64,000 nt of DNA from Novipirellula rosea (GTDB taxonomy: Bacteria; Planctomycetota; Planctomycetia; Pirellulales; Pirellulaceae), in contig NZ_BAABGA010000029.1 of NCBI RefSeq assembly GCF_039541335.1, forward strand, positions 211,215-275,214, written 5' to 3'. Below, in pieces: positions 46,875 to 56,971 of the stretch. Below the pieces are notes generated by a model, which worked only from the letters and a program-made list of their open reading frames with translations, ran no database searches and was not told the DNA's origin. Both the position numbers and the translations under genes were made by a program. How positions within the stretch are numbered: the first letter of the stretch is position 1; each line of letters opens with the position of its first letter.

Positions 46875-48416
46875 TTAGAACGTTTTCATTGCTTCTCGAT
46901 ATCGGATCGCCTTGATCGCTGCGTCACTCACCGGGCAGGGGGGCAATGCAGACATTTCTTTTAACAGCGATAGCGTGCTGTTGCTTTCGGCTCGTGACAT
47001 GACTTGGCATGCGAGCACACGTGCTTCCTGGTGGTCTTCGCGAGAGATCCGCTCGAACGAATCGCTCAGCAAATCGACGGCGGCCAAGGCGTCCGCTGCG
47101 GCAATTGCATCCATCCGTTTGTTTAGCACTGGATGACGGAGCCCGTCGCGTATCCGTGCGATCGCTTCGGTATCGATCGTCATCACCACACGTCCCAACG
47201 CGCGTCGATGCTTCTCGGGCATGTCCGACAATCGGTGCAACATCGCGTCGGCGTGTAGCGGGCTGAGGATGCGGCGAACCGAACGAACCAGCGAAGCGTC
47301 TTGATGATCAAGCAATTGAATCAAATGATCAAGCAGCAACGCGACTGAATCCGCAGCAATCGCGTCTTGATTCCCGCTGGCGATCAACAACGCCGCTTGA
47401 TGCCAAATTTCGAAACTAGGTATGCTGCATTTCATCATCCCGGCAACTGCCGCAGGAATGCATCCATGACCATCACGATGAATGGCCGCTACGATCGTGC
47501 GGAGATACACCAGGGGGTCGCCACCCGATTGACTGTAAACATGAATCGCAGCAGCACGATGATTCGCACTGATCGCGTCCATTAGTGAGTCATCGTCCGC
47601 ACAACACTTGGGCATCCCAAGTTCTTGCAGATTCTTTAACACGGTGGGTGAGGGTTCTTCGCCAATCGCACGCAACAGCGAATCACGAAACACGTCGTCC
47701 GTGCGGCTGGCCAAAATTTCGAGCAGGAACGAGGGCACGTTGCGGCGACAAATAAACCCAGCCAACAGTTCGACCATTCCAGCACGCTGGGTGGTCAGCA
47801 ATCGATTGCCGATCATTTTGCAATATTCGGAGCTGGATGATGTGAATTGTCGCAATTCAGCATCGGCCCAAGTCGAATTGACCAAAAAGGCATCAATCAA
47901 TTGCTCGTTTTTATGTTTGTGGATCCGCTGGACCGATTCCGAAAGCGCGGCAACCACGGGAGTGCGAACCGACGGTTTGTCTCGATTGGCGCGTGCCTCG
48001 TGCCCGAGTTCATGAGCCAACTGTAGAATCGCATCGGTCGCGGCTTCACGGATGGTTTCGGATGAATGCGATTCTGCAATTGGAATCAAATCGACCAACA
48101 ACGGGTACAACCCGATCATCACCGACGCGTTGATCGCGTGCGAAAGGTTGTCGTCTTGGTTTTGCAGCGATTTCTGGACGGCTGGCGTGATCCAAGCTTT
48201 CCGCTTGCGAAGTTGGCCAAACAAATCGGGTGGAAAGATATCCCATCGCGACAGCACCGCTTCAGCGCAATGCGGCTCGCTTCGCTGCAACAACGACTCG
48301 ACGGAATGCGACCGTACCATTTCGCTGCTGTCTTCGAGCGCGATCAAAAGCAAATCCACCGCAGCAGCATTGCGGGACTCGGCGAGCGTTGCGAAAGTGA
48401 GTGAAGGACCTTGCAT
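46875..48416 (-). CDS. HEAT/ARM-repeat protein
   Basis: Repetitive ~40-aa helical repeats (AVDLLLIALEDSSEMVRSHSVESL and similar), 513 aa. Confidence 0.5.
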   Translation of the reverse strand: MQGPSLTFATLAESRNAAAVDLLLIALEDSSEMVRSHSVESLLQRSEPHCAEAVLSRWDIFPPDLFGQLRKRKAWITPAVQKSLQNQDDNLSHAINASVMIGLYPLLVDLIPIAESHSSETIREAATDAILQLAHELGHEARANRDKPSVRTPVVAALSESVQRIHKHKNEQLIDAFLVNSTWADAELRQFTSSSSEYCKMIGNRLLTTQRAGMVELLAGFICRRNVPSFLLEILASRTDDVFRDSLLRAIGEEPSPTVLKNLQELGMPKCCADDDSLMDAISANHRAAAIHVYSQSGGDPLVYLRTIVAAIHRDGHGCIPAAVAGMMKCSIPSFEIWHQAALLIASGNQDAIAADSVALLLDHLIQLLDHQDASLVRSVRRILSPLHADAMLHRLSDMPEKHRRALGRVVMTIDTEAIARIRDGLRHPVLNKRMDAIAAADALAAVDLLSDSFERISREDHQEARVLACQVMSRAESNSTLSLLKEMSALPPCPVSDAAIKAIRYREAMKTF

Positions 48417-48788
48417 TCTTCTTCAAATGACAATGTTGGGGGTCTCGATATCAATCCGACGTGCCAAGAAGGACATTCACCATCATGTCGTCAGGCAACC
48501 GTAGCTTGATGAAGTGCATGAAATCGCATTGCCAGCAGAAAATGTGTTGCTCAGGCAACGTGAATCGACACCGCAAACGTCACAAACGGAATAACCGAGT
48601 CGATCGGCACCTATTTGTGGGGTGAGACCACCCGCGCATGCGACATGCCGTCGGCTTTTTGTCGGATTCGATTCCACGGGCGTATGCTCTATAATCACGG
48701 TGAGGCACCGGGGATCGCGGCGGCCTCGCACCCGCGATGGAAACCACCCTCTTGGGTATCAACAACGAACCTACAACCCTTTGTTAAT

Positions 48789-49061
48789 CCAATGAATCAA
48801 CGCCCCGCAAACATTGTTCTCGAGGAATCCTTTTTGGATGTTCGAGCGAAGGTGCTCGAAATCGCCGCGGTACTCGATCGCGTCGATCGGTCGCTGCAAG
48901 ACGGCACGCCGCTGGACGAAGACATCAGCGTGCGACGCGATAAGATTCATGATGCGATTCGATTGCTGCTGAGCGAAGAACCCGATCGTGCCGAACGGGT
49001 GCAATTGCTATTCTCGCGAAAATATTCCCCCGCTTGGCGGTCGGAATTAAAAGTCGATTGA
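48789..49061 (+). CDS. Small hypothetical protein
   Basis: Internal Met of track ORF 48615-49061. About 90 aa, charged, helical. Confidence 0.3.
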   Translation, partial: PMNQRPANIVLEESFLDVRAKVLEIAAVLDRVDRSLQDGTPLDEDISVRRDKIHDAIRLLLSEEPDRAERVQLLFSRKYSPAWRSELKVD

Positions 49062-49160
49062 TTTGGCCCTAAGGAAGACGTTCCCGTTGGCCGCGGGGAA
49101 CCGTTTGCGAATCACCATCCTCTATCACTCCCACACCATTTGACCTCGAGCTAATTTGCC

Positions 49161-49979
49161 ATGGACTACATCGACCCCCACATTCACATGGTGTCTCGGA
49201 CCACCGACGACTACGCGACGCTGGCGCGGATGGGATGCGTGGCGATGAGTGAGCCGGCTTTCTGGGCTGGCTACGACCGAGGCAGTGTCGATGGGTTCCG
49301 CGATTACTTTCGCCAACTCACCGAAACCGAACCCAAACGCGCGGCCGCGTATGGGATCCAACATTTCACTTGGCTGTGCATCAACGCCAAAGAAGCCGAA
49401 AATGTTTCGCTGTCGCGCGATGTGATTGCGATGATCCCCGAATTCCTCGAAGCCGCCAACGTGCTCGGAATCGGCGAGATCGGGCTGAACAAGAACACTC
49501 GCAACGAATCGATCATCTTCCTCGAACATCTCGAATTGGCGATCAAACATAACCAATCGATCTTGATTCACACGCCGCATTTGGAAGATAAATTCCAAGG
49601 CACGCGGATGATTCTGGATATGTTGTCCGATGATCAGCGACTCGACCGCACTCGCGTCCTTGTCGATCATGTCGAAGAGCATACGATTGCCGAAGTACTG
49701 GATCGAGGTTTTTGGGCAGGCATGACGCTGTATCCGGTCACAAAATGTACGCCGGAACGAGCGGCGGACATGATTGAAATGACCGGAGGTGAACGGTTGC
49801 TCGTGAATTCGGCGGGCGATTGGGGGCCGAGTAAACCGACTGCGGTTCCCGATTTGATCTTTGAATTACGTCGACGCGGTCATCGTGAATCACTGATCAA
49901 AAAAGTGGTTTATGACAACCCGATTGAGTTCTTCTCGCAAAGTTCTAACTTCAAATTCAAACCACGCGACGTCTCCTAG
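49161..49979 (+). CDS. TatD-related metal-dependent hydrolase
   Basis: MDYIDPHIHMVSRT HxH metal-binding N-terminus and later motifs (ILIHTP, LVDHVEEH) of the TatD/amidohydrolase fold. Confidence 0.6.
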   Translation: MDYIDPHIHMVSRTTDDYATLARMGCVAMSEPAFWAGYDRGSVDGFRDYFRQLTETEPKRAAAYGIQHFTWLCINAKEAENVSLSRDVIAMIPEFLEAANVLGIGEIGLNKNTRNESIIFLEHLELAIKHNQSILIHTPHLEDKFQGTRMILDMLSDDQRLDRTRVLVDHVEEHTIAEVLDRGFWAGMTLYPVTKCTPERAADMIEMTGGERLLVNSAGDWGPSKPTAVPDLIFELRRRGHRESLIKKVVYDNPIEFFSQSSNFKFKPRDVS

Positions 49980-50280
49980 ACGTAGGAGACTGCTGATTTA
50001 GTTGGGCGTTTTGGCGTGAGTCACAGTTTCGTCGCCACTGAACCAGGGCTAGTGCCCAAGCGGCTAACAGGTTTTCACCCATTGATTCCTGCTGACCTGC
50101 TTCGTAGCGGCACGGTGCGGGTCCCGTTCGGTTGCAGCGAGTTAAACGTTCGGTTGAATTAGCGAGCCTTGATGCGTAGCGGCGGAGGTTTTGCGCACGA
50201 CCTCATTTGCATACGCCTTACGGCGGATCCTTTGCGTTTAAAACATTCACTAGATCAACTCTTCGCCAAGATGGCAAACC

Positions 50281-52497
50281 TTGATGAGTTCCGCATCCCT
50301 AAGTAGCGCCGCGTCAAAACAGCGAAGTGGACATGGATTCGGAACCATCGCAGGGGTTTTTACGCCCTGCATGTTGACGATTCTTGGCGTCATCATGTTT
50401 TTGCGGTTTGGGTTTGTGGTTGGCCAAGCCGGGATTATCGGCACCATGGCGATCGTGTTGTTCAGCAACGCGATCACATTGTTAACCACGCTCTCGTTGT
50501 CCGCGATCGCCACCAACACCAAAGTCGAAGGGGGCGGTGCGTACTTTTTAATCAGCCGCAGTTTGGGCGCAGAATTTGGCGGCGCGATCGGACTCGTCTT
50601 CTTCGCCGCTCAAGCGCTATCGGTGGCAATGTATGTGATCGGGTTTACCGAAGCATTGGTCGGCTATCTGCCCGACGGAACGTCGCCCACGTTAGTCGCA
50701 TCGCTTACCAATATCGCGGTATTTGGCTGTGTGGCCATCGGCGCCGCGTGGACGATGAAGCTGCAGTTTCTGATTCTGGCGGCGGTGCTGTTTGCCCTGT
50801 TTTCGTTTTACGCTGGAGCTTGGACGCAGTTTGACGCAGGCATTTTCCTGCAAAATACGGGCAGCGGGTTCAGTGGCGGTGAGTCGTTTTGGACTGTGTT
50901 CGCGTTGTTCTTTCCCGCCGTGACGGGGATCATGGCGGGAGCAAACATGTCGGGCGATCTCCGTAACCCTGCTCGCTCGATTCCCTTGGGGACTCTCGCT
51001 GCGGTCTTTGTTACCGGGCTGATCTACATTTCCGAAGCGATTCTGATCGGAGGATGTCGTGACCGCGAAACCTTGATCACCAACAACTTGGTGCTCTCGG
51101 ATATTGCGGTGATGCCTGCGTTGATCGCTGCGGGGGTGTTCGCCGCAACGATCTCTTCGGCGCTGGGCAGCATGATGGGAGCACCGCGGATTCTGCAGTC
51201 CCTGGCCCGCGACCGGTTGTTCCGTTGGCTCCAACCACTGGGGATCGGGTCGGGTGCCAATTCGGAACCACGACGCGCCATCTTTGTGACGTTTTTGATC
51301 TCGCAAGCCGGCATCCTGCTTGCCGACCTCAACACGATTGCACCGCTGATCACGATGGCATTTTTGGTGACCTATGGGCTGCTGAATCTCGCCACCTTCT
51401 ATGAATCGATCACCAAAAACCCTAGCTACCGTCCTCGATTCAAATTTTGCCACTGGACCACGTCGCTCGCGGGTGCGATCGGATGCGGGATCGTCATGCT
51501 GTTGATCGATTGGCAATGGGCGTTTGTAGCGATTTCGCTGTTCGCCGCTTTGCATTGGTATTTGTCAAAAATCGATCTCTCCGCCGATTTCGGTAACGTC
51601 ACCAGCGGTTTGCTGTTCGAGCGAACACGCAAAAATTTGTTAAAACTCGAAGGCGAGCTTTATCATCCCAAAAATTGGCGACCGTTTGTATTGGCGCTCA
51701 GCGGCACCGGTTTTTCGCGTCCTCATCTGGTGGTCTTTGGACATTGGTTGACGTCACGCACGGGCATTTTGACGCTTGGGCAAGTCATCCAAGGCGAATT
51801 GGATGATCGCCATCGGCGTCGAATCTCGCAAGAAAGAATGCTGCACGCGATGATTGGCGAGCACGGGCTGAACGCGTTTCCCGCCGTGGTGGTCGCCAGC
51901 GACTATGTGACCGGCGTCGAAGCACTGGTGCAGTGCCAAGGGTTAGGCCGACTGCGTCCCAACGCCGTGCTGCTTGGTTGCCCACTTTCGGTCGACCGCA
52001 TGAAGATTTTCGGTGGCCTGCTTCGAAACTTGCGAGGACTATCACGCAGTGCCGTCGTGCTCCGCCGCACGGATGAACCCGCCGACGATTGGAAACCCCC
52101 AAGCGGCACTGTGGACGTTTGGTGGCGCGGACGTGCCAATGGCGAATTGATGGTGCTGTTGGCACACCTGCTATTGCAGAACGAAGATTGGCGAGGACGT
52201 GAGTTGCGACTCTTGCGGGTCGTGGACAACGAAGCCGGAATCGACGAAGTGCGAAATCACCTGAATGGACTATTAAAGGCAGCCAGAATTCCTGGCGTTA
52301 CCAAAGTTGTCGTCTCGAAAGATCCTGAATTAGCAATCCAGACGACAAGCCGTAACGCCGCGATGGTATTCCTGGGCATGCAACCACCCAACATCGGCGA
52401 CGAAGAGGCGTTCTTCTATCGCACTGAAAAGTTGGCGGGCGGTCTATCGCGAGTCGTCTTTGTCCAAAGCGCAGGCGGGATGCGACTCGAGTCCTGA
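50281..52497 (+). CDS. SLC12-like cation-chloride cotransporter / amino-acid-permease-family transporter with cytoplasmic C-terminal domain
   Basis: 12-TM APC-fold N-terminal 450 aa (GTIAGVFTPCMLTILGVIMFLRFG) plus a ~280-aa soluble C-terminal domain. Confidence 0.75.
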   Translation: MMSSASLSSAASKQRSGHGFGTIAGVFTPCMLTILGVIMFLRFGFVVGQAGIIGTMAIVLFSNAITLLTTLSLSAIATNTKVEGGGAYFLISRSLGAEFGGAIGLVFFAAQALSVAMYVIGFTEALVGYLPDGTSPTLVASLTNIAVFGCVAIGAAWTMKLQFLILAAVLFALFSFYAGAWTQFDAGIFLQNTGSGFSGGESFWTVFALFFPAVTGIMAGANMSGDLRNPARSIPLGTLAAVFVTGLIYISEAILIGGCRDRETLITNNLVLSDIAVMPALIAAGVFAATISSALGSMMGAPRILQSLARDRLFRWLQPLGIGSGANSEPRRAIFVTFLISQAGILLADLNTIAPLITMAFLVTYGLLNLATFYESITKNPSYRPRFKFCHWTTSLAGAIGCGIVMLLIDWQWAFVAISLFAALHWYLSKIDLSADFGNVTSGLLFERTRKNLLKLEGELYHPKNWRPFVLALSGTGFSRPHLVVFGHWLTSRTGILTLGQVIQGELDDRHRRRISQERMLHAMIGEHGLNAFPAVVVASDYVTGVEALVQCQGLGRLRPNAVLLGCPLSVDRMKIFGGLLRNLRGLSRSAVVLRRTDEPADDWKPPSGTVDVWWRGRANGELMVLLAHLLLQNEDWRGRELRLLRVVDNEAGIDEVRNHLNGLLKAARIPGVTKVVVSKDPELAIQTTSRNAAMVFLGMQPPNIGDEEAFFYRTEKLAGGLSRVVFVQSAGGMRLES

Positions 52498-52769
52498 GCA
52501 GGGTCCTCAATCACAATCTTACTCGTCATTGGATTGGCCCATTTTTTCGTTTGCCCCCTATTTGTGGGCTGGTGATGCTTGCTGTGGAGGCACATGGAGA
52601 GGGTTGGCCGTCGTAAGCTGGTCGCAATGCGGGTATAAAATCCATTGTGTGGTGAAATTGCGGTGCCGATTCCATTACACTGTGCGTTTGCAAACGCGTT
52701 TGTAAGCATCAAGATTGGGCCTTCGCGTTCGATCGATTCCCCCCCTTTTTCCTGATTGGCTTTCCCTCC

Positions 52770-54728
52770 ATGACCAAATCTCCCTCAGGGCAAATTGACC
52801 ACGTTCTGACCGAAGATCGTTTGTTCCCGCCCCCCGCCGAATTTACTCAGAAGGCCGTTTTTTCGACGACGGACCAGTATCAGGAGATGTACAAGCGTGC
52901 GGCTGAAAATCCGGATGACTTTTGGCGTGAAGAAGCGCTCGAGCATCTGCATTGGTTCGAGCCGTTCGGCGAAGTGTGCAAGTGGAATCCGCCTCACGCC
53001 GAGTGGTTTGTTGGTGGAAAAACCAACGCCAGCTACAACTGTTTAGATCGACACATCGACGCCGGCCGAGGCGATCGCGCGGCCATCATTTGGGAAGGCG
53101 AACCGGGCGATACGCGGACGCTAAGCTACAGTGAACTTCGCCGCGAAGTTTGCAAATGCGCCGAAGGGCTAAAACAGCTCGGCGTGGGTGCAGGCGACGT
53201 GGTCAGTATCTACATGCCAATGACGCCCGAGCTTGCGATCTCGATGTTGGCTTGTGCCCGCATTGGTGCAGTCCACTCGGTTATCTTTGCGGGCTTTAGT
53301 GCCGAGTCGATTGTTGATCGGAACAACGACGCCGGTGCGAAATTGATGATCACCGCGGACGGGCTGTACCGCCGAGGCAAGATTTTGCCGCTCAAGAAAA
53401 CGGTAGACGAAGCGCTCGAAAAATCGCCCACCGTCAAACACTGTTTGGTGCTAAAACGTACCGGCCAAGACGATGTCGCGATGACCGACGGACGCGATGT
53501 GTGGTGGCACGATGTGGTCGATACACAGCCCGGTGAAATCGCTGCCCAGCCGATGGACAGCGAAGCATCGTTATTCATTCTGTATACCTCCGGCAGCACC
53601 GGGAAACCCAAGGGAATTCGGCACACCACCGCGGGCTACAATCTGTGGGCCAAACGAACGTTCCAGTGGGTGTTTGATCATCGCGAGGACGATGTCTATT
53701 GGTGCACCGCCGATTGTGGCTGGATCACCGGGCACACCTATATCGTCTATGGTCCGTTGTCCGCAGGGGCAACCTGTTTGATGTATGAAGGCGCGCCAAA
53801 CTTTCCCGCCGAAGATCGTTTTTGGGAGCTGATCGAGAAGTACAAAGTAACGATTTTGTACACCGCTCCGACCGCAATCCGTGCGTTCATCAAATGGGGC
53901 GACGAGCATGTCGACAAGCATGATCTATCGAGTTTGCGATTGCTGGGAAGCGTGGGTGAAGGGATCAATCCCGAAGCTTGGATGTGGTACCACAAAAAGA
54001 TTGGCGGCGAGCGTTGCCCGATCGTCGATACGTGGTGGCAAACCGAAACAGGCGGCATCATGATGAGTCCGCTGCCGGGGATCACCGCAACCAAACCAGG
54101 CTCCTGCACCACTCCGCTGCCGGGCGTTGTGCCAGCGATCGTGGACGAAACCGGAAACGAAGTCGACGATCACCACGGCGGTATGTTGTGTATCGCCAAA
54201 CCGTGGCCGGGCATGCTGCGAGGCATCTGGGGTGACGAAGATCGTTATGCCGAACAATATTGGTCGATGGTTCCCGGAAAATATCTCACCGGCGATAACG
54301 CGCGTCGAGACAAAGATGGCTACTACTGGATCATGGGCCGCATCGATGATGTGATCAATGTCTCAGGACACCGGCTCAGCACGATCGAAGTCGAAAGTGC
54401 ACTGGTCAGCCACGATGCGGTCTGTGAGGCGGCGGTCGTGGGACGGCCCGATGAAATCAAGGGGCAAGCCATCGCGGCATTTGTCACGATCCGTGATCGC
54501 GAACCCGACGAGGCGTTGCGGACAGAGCTGAAGCAGCATGTGCGGAAGCAGATCGGAGCACTCGCGCAACCCGATGATCTGCGGTTCACTGCATCGCTGC
54601 CGAAAACACGAAGCGGCAAGATCATGCGGCGCTTGCTGCGAGATATCGCGTCGGGCAACGAGATCGGCGGCGATACGTCGACCCTCGAAGATTTCTCGGT
54701 ATTGGCCAAGATCCGCGACGACGAATAG
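52770..54728 (+). CDS. acs: Acetyl-CoA synthetase (acetate--CoA ligase)
   Basis: [14 protein letters not shown]-binding motif, WWQTETGG, and characteristic ACS N- and C-termini. 652 aa. Confidence 0.95.
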   Translation: MTKSPSGQIDHVLTEDRLFPPPAEFTQKAVFSTTDQYQEMYKRAAENPDDFWREEALEHLHWFEPFGEVCKWNPPHAEWFVGGKTNASYNCLDRHIDAGRGDRAAIIWEGEPGDTRTLSYSELRREVCKCAEGLKQLGVGAGDVVSIYMPMTPELAISMLACARIGAVHSVIFAGFSAESIVDRNNDAGAKLMITADGLYRRGKILPLKKTVDEALEKSPTVKHCLVLKRTGQDDVAMTDGRDVWWHDVVDTQPGEIAAQPMDSEASLFILYTSGSTGKPKGIRHTTAGYNLWAKRTFQWVFDHREDDVYWCTADCGWITGHTYIVYGPLSAGATCLMYEGAPNFPAEDRFWELIEKYKVTILYTAPTAIRAFIKWGDEHVDKHDLSSLRLLGSVGEGINPEAWMWYHKKIGGERCPIVDTWWQTETGGIMMSPLPGITATKPGSCTTPLPGVVPAIVDETGNEVDDHHGGMLCIAKPWPGMLRGIWGDEDRYAEQYWSMVPGKYLTGDNARRDKDGYYWIMGRIDDVINVSGHRLSTIEVESALVSHDAVCEAAVVGRPDEIKGQAIAAFVTIRDREPDEALRTELKQHVRKQIGALAQPDDLRFTASLPKTRSGKIMRRLLRDIASGNEIGGDTSTLEDFSVLAKIRDDE

Positions 54729-54750
54729 GCACCCCCGAGCGACATTTCCA

Positions 54751-54780
54751 GTAGCGAAACTCGCCAAGAGTTTCGCATGC
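54751..54780. repeat. REP-like palindromic element (family copy 3, collapsed)
   Basis: GTAGCGAAACTCGCCAAGAGTTTCGCATGC, an 8-bp stem around a CGCCAAG loop, immediately after the acs stop. Confidence 0.55.
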
Positions 54781-54815
54781 TGGGATGGTGTTGACGAACG
54801 TCTTCGCGACATTCG

Positions 54816-55301
54816 CTACGCGGTATAACGCGTCACGGCCGATTCGGGATACCCGTCGTAGAAACGGCGGATCCAGTGTCGGCCGGACCACTGTTGTAGA
54901 TGCCGCTGCCATCCGTTTCGCTCGAGCAAGCGGTCGCTGATCGCACCGTTAGTGACATGCGCGACGATTGCGGCAGCGTTGCGAATACGGGCAATTTCCT
55001 CGAGCACACGGATGGCACCGATAAAGGTTTTGTAACCTGCCTGATGGCCCGAGCGAATGTAGTCGAGCGTCAAGAAGCCAGGCATGCCAAACGGTTGATG
55101 GTAATCCAGCCAACAGACGTCGTCGTTCATTCGCCCATATTTCGATTGCCACCACACCTGGGCTACCGACACGCTGCCCGCGACGAGCCGCCGCTGGACT
55201 TTGACAAACCGGCCACCTTGCATCACGATTCGGCCACACCGCCACGAACGCAGTTGAGCTTGGCCATCGCGAATGTCGGTGATGAAACTCGGTCCAAACA
55301 T
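54816..55301 (-). CDS. Hypothetical protein (161 aa)
   Basis: ORF with ordinary composition and no domain I can name. Bracketed by REP-like copies 3 and 4. Confidence 0.4.
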   Translation of the reverse strand: MFGPSFITDIRDGQAQLRSWRCGRIVMQGGRFVKVQRRLVAGSVSVAQVWWQSKYGRMNDDVCWLDYHQPFGMPGFLTLDYIRSGHQAGYKTFIGAIRVLEEIARIRNAAAIVAHVTNGAISDRLLERNGWQRHLQQWSGRHWIRRFYDGYPESAVTRYTA

Positions 55302-55339
55302 GATCCTGTTCTCGTTTGTTGGTCCGATGCGATTCGGGT

Positions 55340-55408
55340 GTAGCGAAAGTCGCCAAGACTTTTGGGGGGTGACGGCGTTGACCGAAACTCACGCGCGAGT
55401 TTCGCTAC
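55340..55408. repeat. REP-like palindromic element (family copy 4; GTAGCGAAAGTCGCCAAGACTTTTGG ... CGAAACTCACGCGCGAGTTTCGCTAC)
   Basis: Two hairpin arms in inverted orientation with terminal GTAGCG/CGCTAC. Confidence 0.6.
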
Positions 55409-55455
55409 CTTGAAGTTGATAACCACTGATGACAGGCTAGCAGCCTATCCCACGG

Positions 55456-56235
55456 TTAGGCGGCGGCTTGTTGTCCGTTTGCGATCGGCAAGCGAATCAC
55501 AAATGCGGTGCCGCGACCGACGGTGCTTTCCACTCGGATGCGACCTTTGTGGGTGTCGATGATTTCTTTGCAGGCGGCCAATCCCAAGCCAGTGCCCCCT
55601 TTTCCTGATTCGTCGGGACCCGCCTTCGTGGTAAAGAAGGAGTCAAAAATGCGAGGTAATTCGGACTTGGGGATTCCGCAACCACTGTCGCGAATCATCA
55701 GCTCCACCCACTCGTCCTGTGCCGAGCGCGTGAGCTTGACAAGGATGGTGCCCCCTTCGGGCATCGATTGTCGTGCATTGATCAGCAGGTTCAACAAGAC
55801 GCGTTGGATCTGATTGCCGCTGGCGAATGCTTTCGGAGTCGAGGCATCGATTTCGGTTTCGATGCTGATGCGGTACTTTCGCATCTCACGCTCCAATAGC
55901 ACCAATGAATCGTTGATGATGCTGGCCAAATCAGTCGGCTCCATCGATTCACTGCGATTGCGAGCTTGGGCCAAAATCGTGTTGGTGATCTTGGCGGCTC
56001 GTTCGGACGCTTCAAGGATTTTGCTGAGCGCCTTGTCGCGGCTGGCGTCATCACGATTGCGAATTCCCAGCTTCGAATAATTGATCACGGTCATCAACAC
56101 GTTGTTGAATTCATGAGTCGCGGTACTCATCAATTCCCCCAACGAAGCGAGGCTTTGCAGTTTCCGCATTTCCGCACGAAGGTATTGGATTTCCGCTTGC
56201 GCGTCGTTGCGAGATGGCAGAGGAGATGATGACAT
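55456..56235 (-). CDS. Cytoplasmic sensor histidine kinase (HisKA + HATPase_c)
   Basis: H-box ELMSTATHEFNN, N/G1/G2 boxes (LLNLLINARQS, DSGCGI, GGTGLGL). No TM segments or response regulator adjacent. Confidence 0.85.
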   Translation of the reverse strand: MSSSPLPSRNDAQAEIQYLRAEMRKLQSLASLGELMSTATHEFNNVLMTVINYSKLGIRNRDDASRDKALSKILEASERAAKITNTILAQARNRSESMEPTDLASIINDSLVLLEREMRKYRISIETEIDASTPKAFASGNQIQRVLLNLLINARQSMPEGGTILVKLTRSAQDEWVELMIRDSGCGIPKSELPRIFDSFFTTKAGPDESGKGGTGLGLAACKEIIDTHKGRIRVESTVGRGTAFVIRLPIANGQQAAA

Positions 56236-56512
56236 AGTGATACGGTTTCATGCGAGCGAATGCGGCCGGTTTATCGACACAGTCGCTGCGGTGGATCAGG
56301 TGGCACTGATGCCAATGCGACTGTAAATGATCTATCGTCGAAGCCCGTCGATCCGCTACACCTCGTATGATCGTACCTGCATAGTTTGCCACGCTAGCCG
56401 AGTCGATCGGTGTCCCCTGGGCTGCGAAAGGATTCCGACTAGGCAAACTGTTTTCATTAGCCCGCTATTTTTGTCACGCCACTTTAGTTTTGCCCCGCCA
56501 TTTTTTTACTGT

Positions 56513-56803
56513 GTGATGGATCGACCGATGCGGAATCAAGCAAGTGATTCAAAAATTGCTGACGAAAACGTGGTTCAGCGACTGCGTCGTCGCACTCAAC
56601 AAGCTCGCGACTTGGGATTTCATGTCCGCACCGAATTGCTTGATGGGCAAGAACCGTCGTGGTGCATGATCGGCAAGCGAAAAACGATCTTTATCGATCT
56701 CGCCCAAACCGCGGCCGAGCAGCTTCGCCAACTCGAAGAATCGATGTCCGAGTACCAGCAGCGTTTGCGGAAATCACGCGAATCGATGAATCCAGCAGCC
56801 TGA
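56513..56803 (+). CDS. Small hypothetical protein
   Basis: About 96 aa from an internal Met of track ORF 56327-56803. Charged, helical. Confidence 0.25.
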   Translation: MMDRPMRNQASDSKIADENVVQRLRRRTQQARDLGFHVRTELLDGQEPSWCMIGKRKTIFIDLAQTAAEQLRQLEESMSEYQQRLRKSRESMNPAA

Positions 56804-56971
56804 GTGGCGGCGGTTTCTGATTCGGCGTCACCCCAAAAAAACGACTCTTTTTTCGCTGTCAGCGGCCGAAATAGCGTCGCTGGCTACTTTTCAGCCTCGT
56901 GACACGGCACAATAGGCAGATCATCATCTGGTTCTGTTGACTCGCTGTGATTTTTTTGAGGCCGTTGTCCT

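Noticed and set aside
40679-55426. Small minus-strand ORFs sharing an LGEFRY/LGDFRY/LDDFRY motif (40679-40903, 54622-54912, 55223-55426)
   Set aside because: The shared motif comes from translating the dispersed REP-like palindrome CGAAACTC...GAGTTTCG. They are repeats, not a protein family.
56820-56900. Possible intrinsic terminator (CCCCAAAAAAACGACTCTTTTTTCGC)
   Set aside because: The stem would be A/T-only and weak, and no gene ends immediately upstream. It is probably just a low-complexity stretch.
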